Below, piece by piece: positions 1-12,483 of a DNA stretch of 64,000 nt; the first letter of the stretch is position 1; every line of letters begins with the position of its first letter. The notes below the pieces were generated by a model. The model ran no database searches. It saw only the letters and a program-made list of their open reading frames with translations, and was not told the DNA's origin. The stretch is from Heteronotia binoei. Taxonomy: Eukaryota. Position numbers and translations under genes: made by a program. The DNA lies in assembly GCF_032191835.1 (NCBI RefSeq), contig NC_083235.1:33852001-33916000 (forward strand), in the 5' to 3' direction.

Positions 1-237
1 AGCGCCGGCGCTCCCAGAAGCGCCGGCGCTTTCCGTCGCTAAGCCAGCGCAAACGTTTTCCTGCATCTTTGCGATTTCCGTTTGCGCTGGCTTAGCGACG
101 GAAGTAGCCGGCGCTTCTGGGAGCGCCGGAGCTTCTGGTGCGAAATCCATGCAGATTCGCCGGCGTCAGGATGGTCGTGGCGCCAGTAAAACGTGAGTGC
201 GAAAACGGCCTTAGTGTTGCAAATGTAGTTGGGTCCT
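1..237. mobile_element. CpG-rich fold-back element truncated by the window edge (MITE-like)
   Basis: 1-55 is a near-perfect inverted repeat of 79-133; abrupt change to AT-rich DNA after about 240. Confidence 0.6.
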
Positions 238-3200
238 GCTATTTCACAAACAAGCTGCTTTCCCATTAGGCGGAAGGCTAGGTGACACAGCCAAGTGAGC
301 CAGTTTAGGGTTACAGTCAGACTATATAATCTTTTACATGGTGGAGCAAGTTTAGGGTTAAAGTTACAATTTTAGACTTAAAGGCAAGTGAGCAAGGGTA
401 ATCTTTATTATATATTCTTTTACATTATGGAAAGATACTTGTGAAACAGAAATATACTTTGGGATTTTTTTAAAAGATGATACTCTAGCAGTCTTATTTA
501 TTTAGATATTTATGCTTTGTTTTTGTTTTTTCTCAATGGTGACTCAAATTAGTCTACCCCATCATTCTCTCTTCCTCCATTGACAACCCTGTGAAGCAGG
601 TTAGGTCAAAAGAGAATTGCTGGCATAAGGTCAACAGCAAAACCAGCGAACACACAGTGAAGCAAGGCAGAAGAACAAACTGTGCAACTGTATACAGATA
701 ATTTCTATAGAAAATCAATATTTATACAGTATTTAGGTCATAGAAGTATAAGCATAAAAATACTGTAAATAATCCACAGAATTCTCATTAAATTTAAAGG
801 ATTGCACTTTTCAGCAATATAAAAGCTGTATATGACATCAGAAGTCCACGATGAAGATCCAAGATGGACTTTCCTTTTCAAAATTCACACTTGCTTTCAG
901 AACATAGTCCCAGAGTGAGTTTTCATCCATGCAAATATGTCAAACTCCTGCTAGTTTCTCTCTATGCTGCTCACGTTCTTGGACTGCTTGAGGACTGTGG
1001 CATTTCACATAAAAAAGCTTTCTCAAGAGCTGATAATTACAGCATTCTAATGCAAAATACAAAGGAGAATTACAGACAATGCCCATATACAGCATCATAT
1101 AAAATCATTCAAAACACTGTGATATTTCATACCTGTGGTAGCTTATAGCTGGCTGACATCCACCTCCCGATGGAGAAAAAGAATATAATGGCAGTTTGAC
1201 ATATGCCACCCACTCAGCTCTCTCCTCCACAATCAAGAATGTGGGGCACCCGCACCATGTTTGAATCCCTCAAAAAAAGAAGATGGGTTGTTGGTAGTGA
1301 TTGCACAATGCACAACCCAAAATGGATTACAAGGAAAAGAAGGGGAGAATATAATAGAACCCTCAGGTTCCAAACTGAGTAAAGCTTCTACAGTAACATA
1401 AACCAGGATCGCCTCCGAAGGCATAAGAAAACCCTGATGCAAACACCGTTGTGATAACTCAGAACAGAGGGTGACCTCACTTTAGTGTAGAAATGAAAAA
1501 TAACCTGAGATAAAGCTGGGGGTGAGCTCGAGTTCTGTGTAGAATGTCTATTAGGGGACAGGGTTGAACCAGGATTAAAGGTCTAATGTAGAATCACCCA
1601 TAGTGGGGATTTTAGCCTGAGTTTCCCAGATCATATGATACTCTAACCACTACACCACTTTGGTTCTCCAAAGCATATTCTGTACAGCAGATGTTTGGTG
1701 TTACTAATGATTACTAATGATTCTCCACTCTGTGAAATTGGTTGGGATTGCGGATAATTTCTTCTCAGTTGTTATATTCCTCCATTAAAATCCTCTGGGA
1801 GGAAGGGTTATGGTTTCTACTTTCTTTTATAGCTCTTGCCCTCCAAGATGTAGTCTGTGATTTAAAACTGATCCTGAGAGATTTGATTATTTTATTTATT
1901 TTTATTTCTATTTATTAGATTAGATGTGCCTTGTTAGCAACACACAAATCAACATCTGTATTGTGTTTTGTATGGTACATTGATTTCTTAACATTGAGTC
2001 ACTGTGAGAAACATGGACAATAAATAAAATAATAATAACAATAGTAATTCAGGGTGTCCACCAATGGTGCTTTAACAGTACTTTGGGGCTGGTTATGCTT
2101 CTATTTACTAAAGAAGGCTGGATCTGCTTTAGTAGGAGACCTCTTGACCTATACTTCTATTCCCAACCTCTGCTTGACAGAGTGGCACGCAGAAAATGGT
2201 GCAGTGATTTGGCTTCTCACCAACACGAGGTGTAATTTTTGTCATAAAACTGAAAGTGACATCCTAAGGTCAGCACAATGCTGTAGGAATCCTTGAGTGT
2301 TGCTTGATGCAATGATGTCAGTTCTGGTTTTGTACTGGAAGTGATGTCACCCATTGGCATATTGATTTTCCCTACACCCCAGATTCTCCTGCCAGTTTGC
2401 CAGCTTGGGCTTGGAAGTGGAGAAAGACCAGCATCAGCAAGTTCTGCGAGATTCCTCATAGCTGTCTTTGACTGACTCGTAGTTCAGCTGTAAAGCTTTT
2501 ATATATGTATTCTAAGTGCTAACCAGAGCTCAACTTACTGATATGCCTAGCACTGTGGAGAATGGGGCCTCAGCGAATAACAAGGACCCATTACTGTCAT
2601 GTGACATGATTTGAAGACAGGCTATAGATTATGCGCTGCCTCTGAAATGTCGTTCACTGGAAGAGACAAATAACACTGACCCTCAGTTTTATAAATCACT
2701 AGTTAAATCACTAGTCATGGTGATCGGTATGGGGAAATGCCCTTCATTATCTGTCAGTGGGGAGAGCTCATATTGCAAGGACTCCTGGACTACAGAAGCA
2801 CATTACACCCCACCACCTTCTGGAACATTCCCTGTAGGGCCCAGCCCCTGCTTCCACAGTGCAAGGGAAGAATGTAGATTGATCCCTCACTACAGAATGC
2901 TGGACGATAGTGCTCTAGTTTTTCCTCAAAGGAGTGATTCTTTTCTTCACACCCACCCACGCAACACACGCAAAAAATGGTTGCAAAAGGGTTACATGTA
3001 GGGACCTCATTTGAGTGGGGAATAAATCTCTGGTGATTCCTCTTGGTGGGAGCTGGCTGCTCTTTCAGGTATATAACTCTGTCCCAGGTTCCATTCTTTG
3101 AATACTCTGGATTGTGATGGAAAGCTGAGAACTGACTGTTCAGTAGATAGATTGAGTAGATAGATAGATAATATTCTCTACTTCATTTTTGTAGTACTTT

Positions 3201-3334
3201 TTCTAAGAGCTGGGTTCATTCAAATGTAAGGAGGAAGAAAGGAATGATAGATGGAAGAATCCACCTAGTCACAGCCAAGGAGGAGGCTGGTTTTCTCTGT
3301 GTCTCATTTTTTCTTCTTCTTTGTTTCCTTGCAG

Positions 3335-3385
3335 AGGTGTTTTCCTTATCACTTATTTGATTCTGGTCTGCTGCTCCGAAGTCAG
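3335..3385 (+). CDS. FAIM2: FAIM2/Lifeguard-2-like coding exon (equivalent to human exon 6), xGVFLITYLILVCCSEVR
   Basis: Polypyrimidine tract plus ttgcag acceptor, CAG|gtaaaa donor, 51 bp, phase 2 to 2. Resembles human AVFFATYLTLACCSGPR as recalled. Confidence 0.85.
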
Positions 3386-3413
3386 GTAAAATGCTACGTT
3401 CAGTGCCTTTGAT

Positions 3414-3712
3414 AAAGGTAAAGGTAGTCCCCTGTGCAAGCACCAGTCATTTTTTACTCTGAGGTGACATTGCATTCATGTTTTCACAGCAGACTTTTTA
3501 CAGGGTGGTTTGCCATTGCCTTCCCCAGTCATCTACATCCCTCACCCCCCCCAGCAAGCTGGGTACTCATTTTACTGACCTCAGAAGGATGGAAGGCTGA
3601 GTCAACCTGGAGCCGGCTACCTGAACCAGCTTTTGCTGGGATTGAACTCAGGTTGTGAGCAGAGGGCAATGACTGCAGTACTGCAGCTTTACCACTCTGC
3701 GCTACGGGGCTC
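3414..3712 (-). mobile_element. Sauria SINE
   Basis: aaaggtaaaggtagtcccctgtgcaagcaccagtc tail and tRNA-like head; starts 28 nt after the exon 6 donor. Confidence 0.9.
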
Positions 3713-3969
3713 TTGTGCCTTTGATAGACATGTGTATATTACTTCAAAGTTCAACCCACCCACCCATCCCTATGGCTTTTTCTACTCATGTTTGACTCTC
3801 GAAAGCTTATACCCCAAAATCTTGTTGGCTTCTTTTTAAAATCAAGAAATATTTAGCAATGTATTGAACAATGAACTTACACTAATTAAAAGCTATGAAA
3901 TTTATATGCAATTAATTGATTCACAATTATAATCAATTTCCTTGTAGTCGCTTATTATATGATCTAAAC

Positions 3970-4247
3970 TGGGGTGGCCAAAGTGTGGCTTGGGAGCCAC
4001 ATGTAGCTCTTTCACACTATTGTGTGGCTCTTGAAGTCTGCACCACCCTATTGGCAAGCTTGGAGATGGCATTTGTCTCTTTAAATCACTTCTCCAAGCC
4101 AAGTCAGCTGGTGGCTTGGAGAATGCATTTTAAGTTGCTTTCTTTCCACCTCTTTCTCCCTCATCTCCCTCCCTTCCTTCCTTGCAGCTCTCAAACATCT
4201 GATGCTTATTATATGGCTCTTACATTAAGCATGTTTGGCCACCCCTG
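3970..4247. mobile_element. hAT MITE, CAGGGGTGGCCAAA family; others at 26332-26668 and 42433-42737
   Basis: TIR ggggtggcca/tggccacccctg; TSDs atct(a/g)aac, gt(g/a)cagtc and at(a/g)t(a/c)aga. Confidence 0.85.
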
Positions 4248-4629
4248 ATCTGAACAGAATCAAGATAAACTATATATGTATTTCATCAGAAGTATATGTG
4301 GTTTAGAAACCATCTAAAAATGAGTGACATTTAAGAAAGATAAATGTACTCTTTTGGCTATTTCATAAAGGTTTATACTGCAGTAGTTCTGCTAACCTCT
4401 TTAAGATGCTGCAATGCTTAAAAAAACCCCTCTCTATCTGAAAACATCCTTGATTTGAGGTTTCTGATATCTCTAGGTGGTGTTTTCCCACTCAAGTTAA
4501 ACTTGCCAACTTTTTTCTCAGTTATTCTCTGTAGCTGTGCCTTTAAGCATTGCCTGAATGGGGGTAGTCAGAAGGGGATTTCATACCATAAAAATCATCA
4601 CTAATTCCATAGCCCCAGGGGTTGATACC

Positions 4630-5400
4630 ATAAGAACATAAGAGAAGCCATGTTGGATCAGCCCAATGGCCCATCCAGTCCAACACTCTGTGTCACACAG
4701 TGGCCAAAAAAAAAGGATATTCACAAGTGGGGCTAGAAGCCCTTCCACTTTGCCCTCCCAAGCACTAAGAATACAGAGCATCACTGCCCCAGACAATTCC
4801 AATAATATGCTGTGGCTAATAGCCACTGATGGACCTCTGCTCCATATTTTTATCCAAACCCCTCTTGAAGCTGGCTATGCTTGTAGCCACCACTACATCC
4901 TGTGGCAGTGAATTCCACATGTTAATCACCCTTTGGTGAAGAAGTACTTCCTTTTATCTGTTCTAACCCTACTGCTCAGCAATTTCAATGAATGCCCACA
5001 AGTTCTTGTATTGTGAGAAAGGGAGAAAAGTACCTCTTTCTCTTTCTCCATCCCATGCATAATCTTGTAAACCTCTATCATGTCACCCCGCAGTTGACGT
5101 TTCTCCAAGCTAAAGAGCCCCAAGCGTTTTAACCTTTCTTCATAGGGAAAGTGTTCCAAACCTTTACTCATTCTAGTTGCCCTTTTCTGCACTTTTTCCA
5201 ATGCTATAATATCCTTTTTGAGGTGCGGTGACCAGAATTGCACACAGTATTCCAAATGAGACCGCACCATCGATTTATACAGGGGCATTATGATACTGGC
5301 TGATTCGTTTTCAATTCCCTTCCTAATAATTCCCAGCATGGCGTTGGCCTTTTTTATTGCAATTGTGAGTTACCTACAATGACCCCAAGATCTCTCTCTT
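4630..5400 (-). mobile_element. CR1 LINE 3' fragment
   Basis: ORF 4926..5339 (HLEYCVQFWSP, YEERLKRLGLFSLEKR, LRGDMIEVYK); (TTCTTATG)n-type tail at about 4630-4650. Confidence 0.95.
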
Positions 5401-5829
5401 GGTCAGGCTGTGCTTAGGGGTGTGCTTAGGGGGTCTGGTCGCTAACTACTTGGAGAAAAAAAATCCTAACCATTTAAAAGAGGCTTCTTTACCAGGTGAT
5501 GTTATTTACCTCTGTGCCATGAAAAGTTTCACCTGCTTTGCATTAAGTCAGGACATTTTTATCCTGTTGTCAACCCTGTCAGAGGACTTATAATACAGAC
5601 ACCTTCCAAGTCTGGGCCTGGTCAATGGCTGTCGGAAATCCCATCTATACCACATTCATTTCTGCAGAGGAAGAAATGCAGGATGTTAACACAGTTAATT
5701 AAGACAGAAGCATAGCCTGGTTGATAAGGGAGCATAGCTCCCAATGTGCATTGAATCCATGAGAGCATTTATGGCCCAACATTAGGGTACCGTGTTGTTG
5801 TGTATGTGGACACTGTGTTTGAAATGGAA

Positions 5830-6110
5830 GCCTGCCCCGGAGCAAGGTGAGTGCAGAATCAGCCTAGGACTGAGTTTAGGGACTGGGAACAATGGGAAGC
5901 AGGATCTGAATCTCTGCTTCCCTGGACCAATCGCCAGCCCCCTGCTGGTTTGAATGACCCAATACCTTGCTACTGCAGGAACTTTGGACTGTATAGAGTT
6001 GGCCTCCTTGGCCCAGTATTTCAGCCTTAATCTAAGTCTCATTTGAACCGTTACCATGCTGTAACTTGAAGAAAGAGCTTTGATCACTGCAACCCTCGCC
6101 TCTTCATGTA
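5830..6110 (+). mobile_element. Highly decayed L2 fragment
   Basis: Weak relic LAQYFS...TVTML*L corresponding to L2 LAPYLS...TVTSRLD. Confidence 0.4.
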
Positions 6111-6301
6111 CCAAACCCTCTATTTAACACATGTAAACTCTAGTTACCCAGCAGAATGAATCTACTGTTGTCCCAGTGCTCCAGATGCCCAGCTGTCCTT
6201 TAATTACCTTATTATGTAACCCTGTTGTGCATTTTTCCTTGTGGTGATTATTCCCTGTGGGTAACAACTGCTTACTCTGCTGCCTTTTGCTTAATTCACA
6301 G

Positions 6302-6341
6302 GAGGTACTACCCATGGAACCTGATTCTCCTGTGCATCTTT
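6302..6341 (+). CDS. FAIM2: FAIM2-like exon 7, (R)RYYPWNLILLCIF
   Basis: ttcacag acceptor, TTT|gtaagt donor, 40 bp, TMBIM PWNLILL motif, frame-compatible with flanking exons. Confidence 0.93.
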
Positions 6342-9300
6342 GTAAGTAAAACGCCTGGCACACCATCCTCACGCTGAACAAGGGGAATTTTGCAGGAGCC
6401 ACAGATTAAAAGGCATTGGTTTAGACAGCATCCCCGGGTCTTTTCCTGAGTATTGAGACAATAACATATGTGGTTAACCCAAATGCACTACCAAGGGAAC
6501 TGACACTGTAAAGTGGGAATGCATCAGTGCGTCAATTGGGGGAAGCTGCGTCCATCAGTCTTGAGCTGCTCCTGCACCTTTAGCAACAACTTGGCATGAA
6601 GGAATCAGCAGGCAATTTTTTTTCATGTCTCAGAGATCAGCATTCCCTTTTGCAAAGTGCTGCTGAACTCATTGCTGTCGAAGGCACAAGGGCGAGGGCC
6701 AGTTAAAAAATTTTCCACTGTAAGCCAAAATGCCCTCAAAACGAGGTTGGGGAATTGTCAGGTGGGCACCTGGCTTAATCAGGATCTTTTTATCTCTGTA
6801 TACAGGATACACGTCCAGAAATTAATGCTTGAATTTACCAAGGACTCTAATTAAGTAAAACAATTAAAATTTATTCCAGAAAAATATAGAACTCACATAC
6901 AAGGCAATGTGCTCATGAAACATACATACAGTCCTAAGAAAAATAGAGAGATAGAGACAACACATGGATAGACAAACAGGGTGACTGATCGTAGTCTTCA
7001 AGGAAGGCTCTAATGGCAACGAAAGAGGATGGGGGAAATGGGACCCTCAACTGTGGCCAGAATCGGGGATGGATCTAGACAGCGGAACTGGGGTACTGCT
7101 AGATGCACACATGAATGGAGTTGGGTCACAGGTTATATAGACTACCTTAGACCCTCAGGGGATGGGAGGTACAGGGGTGGAAAAAGGGGAGGCTCTGCAG
7201 TGACCATAAGGGCTGGACTTCTGCAGTAGCCAATAGCAAGTTAATTGGTGGCACCTAATTGGATGCCCATAACTGACCAATGAACAAGCTTGGGTCCTGG
7301 TTACCTGATTGGACCTCCAGGTAATAATGGACCAAGGTGGGGATGCTCCAGAATGACCGTTGGGGAGAAGAATGGGGGAAATCACTAGGTGGAGGGGTGC
7401 TTAGGACTATTAAACTTATCTAAAAAGGTGACAATAGATGGCCAAATTACTACCTAAGGTAACACCCGGTTTACACAAAGGAACTTGGCTCTGGCTGAAG
7501 ATGGTCTTCTTCTTCTTCAGTGTTCTTCTTGACACCAGTCTTTGTCCTTAGTTCCGTTGGACAAAGGCTTAGGCATTCCGGTAGGGTCCACGCCTAAGCT
7601 TGATGGCTTCATGGATGGGTGACATCTGTTGAGTACGTGAGCCTCCCGCTTCGCTGAAATGGAGTCTTGGCACTGCTGGAAGATAGCTGGTGTTATCCTC
7701 CCAAAGTGGATTCTATGGTCAAGGCTGAAAACCGCATGGCTTAGATAGCTCCTAGCGGCGCACTTTCTTCCACTCCAATGATAGGGATGGTGTTCGCACG
7801 AAGTGACTGGGAACCATCCGTTCTTCTTGCTAGCACTCCTCCAGAAACACGGAGCGCTGCTTTAGCGTTGTGGCTGTTAGTTTCATAAGTCCTTTCCAGT
7901 CTGGCAGCCATACCCATGTTCTCCTAGCAGATGTATGTGAGTTCAGTCTCCAGGCACCCTAACAACCAGGCAGGTGACAACGATGTTCTGAATATTAGGG
8001 GTATTTTCTTATACCACCCAGTCATTAGATGCAAAAGTCAAAGTGTGTAGAAGATGCAATGTCTTAGCAGGAAGAGTTCATTTTGCAAGGGGGGGGGGCT
8101 CTGTCTCTGTTGAGATGTTTTCTTTCTTTTTTGTGCCATCAAGTTGCTGCCGACTTAAGGCAACCCCCATAGGTCTTTCAAGGCAAGAGATTAACCTAGA
8201 TGGTTTGCTATAGTTTGCCTTTGTGTCAGCAACCCTGGACTTCCAGGGTGGTTTCCTATCCAGGCACTAACCAGGGTTGACTCTACTTAGCTTTCAAGAT
8301 CAGGCTAGCCTGGGCTATCCAGGTCAGGGTGAAATTCTCCCACAAATCCATAATATCAAAAGGTACCACATTCCAGTAAGCAGAACTCCAAAGTTTCTGT
8401 CCAGAAGCACAGTCGGAAATATCTATCAGAGTATGAGGTCATTGTCAATGAAATTAGAGATGTGCATTTGGATATTTCTGAGCCTAAAGAGTGACCAAAG
8501 TTCTGTATATAGTTTAGGATTGGGTATTTGAAATTTATGTTAGTATGTGAGGATACCCAAGAGGGTTGAAGATACTGGAAGACATTGGGAAACTAATGAC
8601 ACTAGCACCAAAATTGTCTGTTTTAATTATTTAATGTTTTAACTGTTGAAATTTGGAATTGTAAATGTTTTTACTGTTGTGAGCCACCTTGAGCCTGCTC
8701 CGGCAGGGAAGGTGGGATATAAATCCAATAAATAAATACATTTCTCAAATTTCAGGCACTGTTTCAGTTCAGAAACATTGGAATGAACACTCACTCAATT
8801 GAAATTTCAGAAATGGTTTACAGTGCAGCACAAGTTGAGGGGTGGGGGTGGGGAAATAGAAGTTGAGTGTGTGCAGTTCCTAGGTATCTCAGATATCTCA
8901 GCACCTGGACCAAGACAACAACTGCCTGAACTAAACATAACTGTACTAAACTTAACATTACTGTTTTTAAAAAGTTGGGTCCAGCTTTCCAGAACCCAGC
9001 TCATGTTTCCCAGAACCCCAGAGCAGTCATGGGGAACAGCTTCTAAAGAGAAAAGGAGAGGTCAAGTGGGCCATGGAGGGAGAGGGGGTTATTCCCCTGA
9101 TTCCCTGTTCCACATGCACAGAAATTCCACACACAGCAACAAAATCAGGGAAATAACTCCCCCCCCCCCGGTGTGTTTTTTTGCATGGGAAAATGGATTG
9201 AGAGGAGCCTGTCTGAGCTCTCCTTTCTTTTTTTAGAAGCCATTCTCTGTGGCTGCCGTGGTACTACAGAGAACATGTTTCCCCAGACCCAGTTCTTTAA

Positions 9301-10108
9301 AAGCAATATTGCTTAATTTGGCCCTTTGACAGAAGGACTCGGATAAAAGATGCACAGCCCTGCTAAAGAGTCATTTTGCCAAAGGCTGATTCATACATGT
9401 GCCTATAACCCTTAGGTTATAACCCCCCCTCTGCTTGCAAGGGAACCTTCAGCCCTTATCATGTAGTTTTGAGAATGCAAAAACTGCCCTGCAGGATCGG
9501 ATCAAAGGTCCACCTTGTCCAGCATTCTACTTCCAACAACAGTCAGCCAAGTGTCTCTGGCCAGCTCATAAAGTACAAAAGAACGATGCTGATGGTTTTG
9601 CTGCACATTGCCAGCCAGCATGCAGCTTTCAGAAGTATTTTATTGTCTGACTCACATCAATAACCCTGTCCTCTGTGAATTTGTCCAAACCTTTTTACAA
9701 ATGAGTTGCTTGCACTCTATACCTCCTGGCAGGAAGTTCCAGCAGTTAATCATGCATTATGTGAAAAGGGATTTCCTTTCTCAGTCCTGAATCCTGATCT
9801 TGCTGCCAGTCACCTCCATAGGTTTTAATTTTCAGGAAGACAGGTAGACAAATAAGCTGATCAGGATTTTGATAGCAGAATATCAGCTGGGCTGCATGGC
9901 ACTAAACGCTGGAATATGAAGAGGAGAAAAGTCCCCTCTCTATCTTCTGTACGTGCACATTTTCCACACTTTTCATATATGGCTAGTTAACAGATTGTGC
10001 AGGCCTGAATAAGTGTAAACAACTTGCCCTTACAGCTGTTCCTTGTTTTTATTTTGTTTTCTTCCTGGCTCCAGTTTCTAAGGTAACAGTGTATTTTTAT
10101 CTCCACAG

Positions 10109-10146
10109 ACTCTGTCTATGGCTTATCTAACAGGGATGATTTCCAG
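10109..10146 (+). CDS. FAIM2: FAIM2-like exon 8, TLSMAYLTGMIS(S)
   Basis: ctccacag acceptor, CAG|gtaggc donor, 38 bp, nearly identical to human TLSMAYLTGMLS as recalled. Confidence 0.93.
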
Positions 10147-12395
10147 GTAGGCCAGTTGCAAGAGGAACTGTAATAGTTTTTTACACTTATTTAATAATGA
10201 TATCCTATTCCACATTTTATTAATAGATGGACAAGGTAGCAAGAAAAATACTAGGCTTGCCATTTGCCCAACCATGCCCTAAGCCCCAATCTCTAGTCCT
10301 TGAAAAACTGAGGATTGGAAGGAAAAAAATGGGCAGAGAACAGGGTCCATAGCAGGATTGCCAACTCTGGTCTGGAAATTCCTGGAAATGTGGGTGTGGA
10401 GCCTAGGGAGGGCAAGGTTTGGTAAGGGGAGAGATCTCAGCAGATTATAATGCTACATAGCCCATCCTCCAAAGCAGCCATTTCCTCCAAGAAGGTGATC
10501 TTTGCCATCTGGAAATCAACTGTAATTCTAGGAGATCTCCAGGCCCCACCTGGAGGTTGGCAAGCACTTTCCATAGTGATTCTTAGTGGATCACCCAAAA
10601 GTGATTTCACATCTCCCCTCAACTCCACCCTTTGGCACTGCCCTAAAAAATCTCCCAAAGAGCAAAAATGAAAAAAATACAGCCACAACAGCTGAAAATG
10701 TAAGAATATATTGAAATTGTGCAATCAAGAGCAATGAATGAAAATTTAGCAATATTTGCAATGGGTCACAATTCAAATCCCATGTATTTTAACATGCAAA
10801 AATTCCTTGCAGACTCGGAAAAGTTCTACCACTAAGAAGCACAATGTTCAAAGACAAACCTGTCTTTCAGGGAACCCCTGTTCCTTTTCAAGTGCTGAAG
10901 TTGAAATGATGAAACAAATTCAGTGATCCCCGAATACAAAGTTGCGCGACAGAGTAGCTAGCAAAACCATGCCGTTTCCCAGAGGTTTCTTTAGGCATGT
11001 GTGCTTCCGGGATACTGTATAATGAATGACAACATATCAATAAATGTCTTATTCCATCCAGTATTCCCACCAAAGAGACAAACCGCAAACTTACCATTTC
11101 TCAAAATCACAGTCACTTTGAGTCATGCAAACTACTGGCATTTGTCAAAACGCTCAGACCAAGCGATCACGATGCTCCCATTCTAAATACGATAAATTGG
11201 CAACAGCTGTGACATGCCTATGCCTTTTAAAATTACATATACATATTTTTTTAACATTGCACTAAATTTTTTACAAAATTCATTATTTATTAAATCACCT
11301 TCAAAAATAATTAAAAATGTATTGTTTATTGAATCCTATTTTTTAATTTTTTTTAAAAAAACCATCACAAATACATTAAAATTAAAATAGTGAAATTAAC
11401 AGCAATTCAAAGCCCCAAGTGAACCAACAAAGTAAAAAAAAACTACAGTTATCTAAAGCGCAGAACAGGATGACATTCTATGTAGGGAAATCTGTAACTA
11501 GGGTGCCACCACTGAAAAAGGCTGTGATTGCTCAACTGACCTCTGAAGGAAGGGACATACAGAGTAGATAGATGAGCTCAGTTGTTGGGCAGCCCAATGC
11601 TAATCTCTGTCTTTGAATTACAGCACCCCCACCCCCTGCATGGCTGCATTATGTTTTTTTTAAAATATCTCGGAAAATAATCATAGAGCTAAAGCTAATT
11701 GTAGAACCACCTTCAGTGTAAGCTAGCTTTTTATATGAAGCTGTCACGCTGAGACTGCTTCCTTACAATATAGAAGATTCACACCTGATACTCAGTAGTA
11801 CCTATCCTACTCTCCTTTTTCAGCTCTCAATGGGCCTGTGGGAGGAAATTTTTTTGTTAATGGTGCCATGCTAATGGTGTGACATCACTTCTGGTGAATA
11901 TCTGGAAGTGATGTCACATTGCTAACATGATGATGAGGGAATGCTCTAGGATTTGGGTAAAACTCTATGGTTCTAATACTTAACGAAAGTGTCACTGGGC
12001 CATTGAAGTGGTGCTATTTCACCCTATTCCCCTTCCCTATTCTCATAGCTCCTTGACTGTTGTGCCAGATCCCTGAACTGAAAGTGCTGTGTATGATCTA
12101 GTTATACCTCATGAACAGTATTAACTTCATCAAGTGCAAGGTGACAGGAATGAGGAGCAGTGGATCCCCGAGCAGCAATCTGGAGTTTTTGGGAGCCTTC
12201 AGTTAGTTAATTTGCCTCTTGCAGCACAATAGCTAAGAATACTCTCAGGCTGTCCGACCAGCTCTTTTGTGCTACATCAGTGCACTCCCAATACATCATT
12301 TGAGAATTACTATTCTAACTTTGTTGCATTGTCCTTTGCGCAGTGATGGATCTAATCAGAAATGCCATAATTTCATTTCATTATTCTTTGTGCAG

Positions 12396-12483
12396 CTTCT
12401 ACAACACCAAGTCAGTCCTTATGTGCCTTGGGATCACGGCACTGGTATGCTTCACTGTGACCATATTCAGTTTCCAGACCAAG
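12396..12483 (+). CDS. FAIM2: FAIM2-like exon 9, FYNTKSVLMCLGITALVCFTVTIFSFQTK
   Basis: tttgtgcag acceptor, AAG|gtgagt donor, 88 bp, FSFQTK motif. Confidence 0.95.

Noticed and set aside
296-365. TTAGGG motifs at 305 and 352
   Set aside because: Two isolated hexamers in a short local duplication, not a telomeric array.
240-3330. Search for FAIM2 exon 5 (DPVK..ANPGWYWAS, 54 bp)
   Set aside because: No convincing match by eye; it is presumably upstream of the window.
10036-10082. AG/GT-bounded 47-bp candidate exon just before exon 8
   Set aside because: It would leave a 26-nt intron and shift the frame; no TMBIM similarity.
10790-11220. Possible decayed hAT transposase N-terminus
   Set aside because: No consistent frame or motif could be established by eye.
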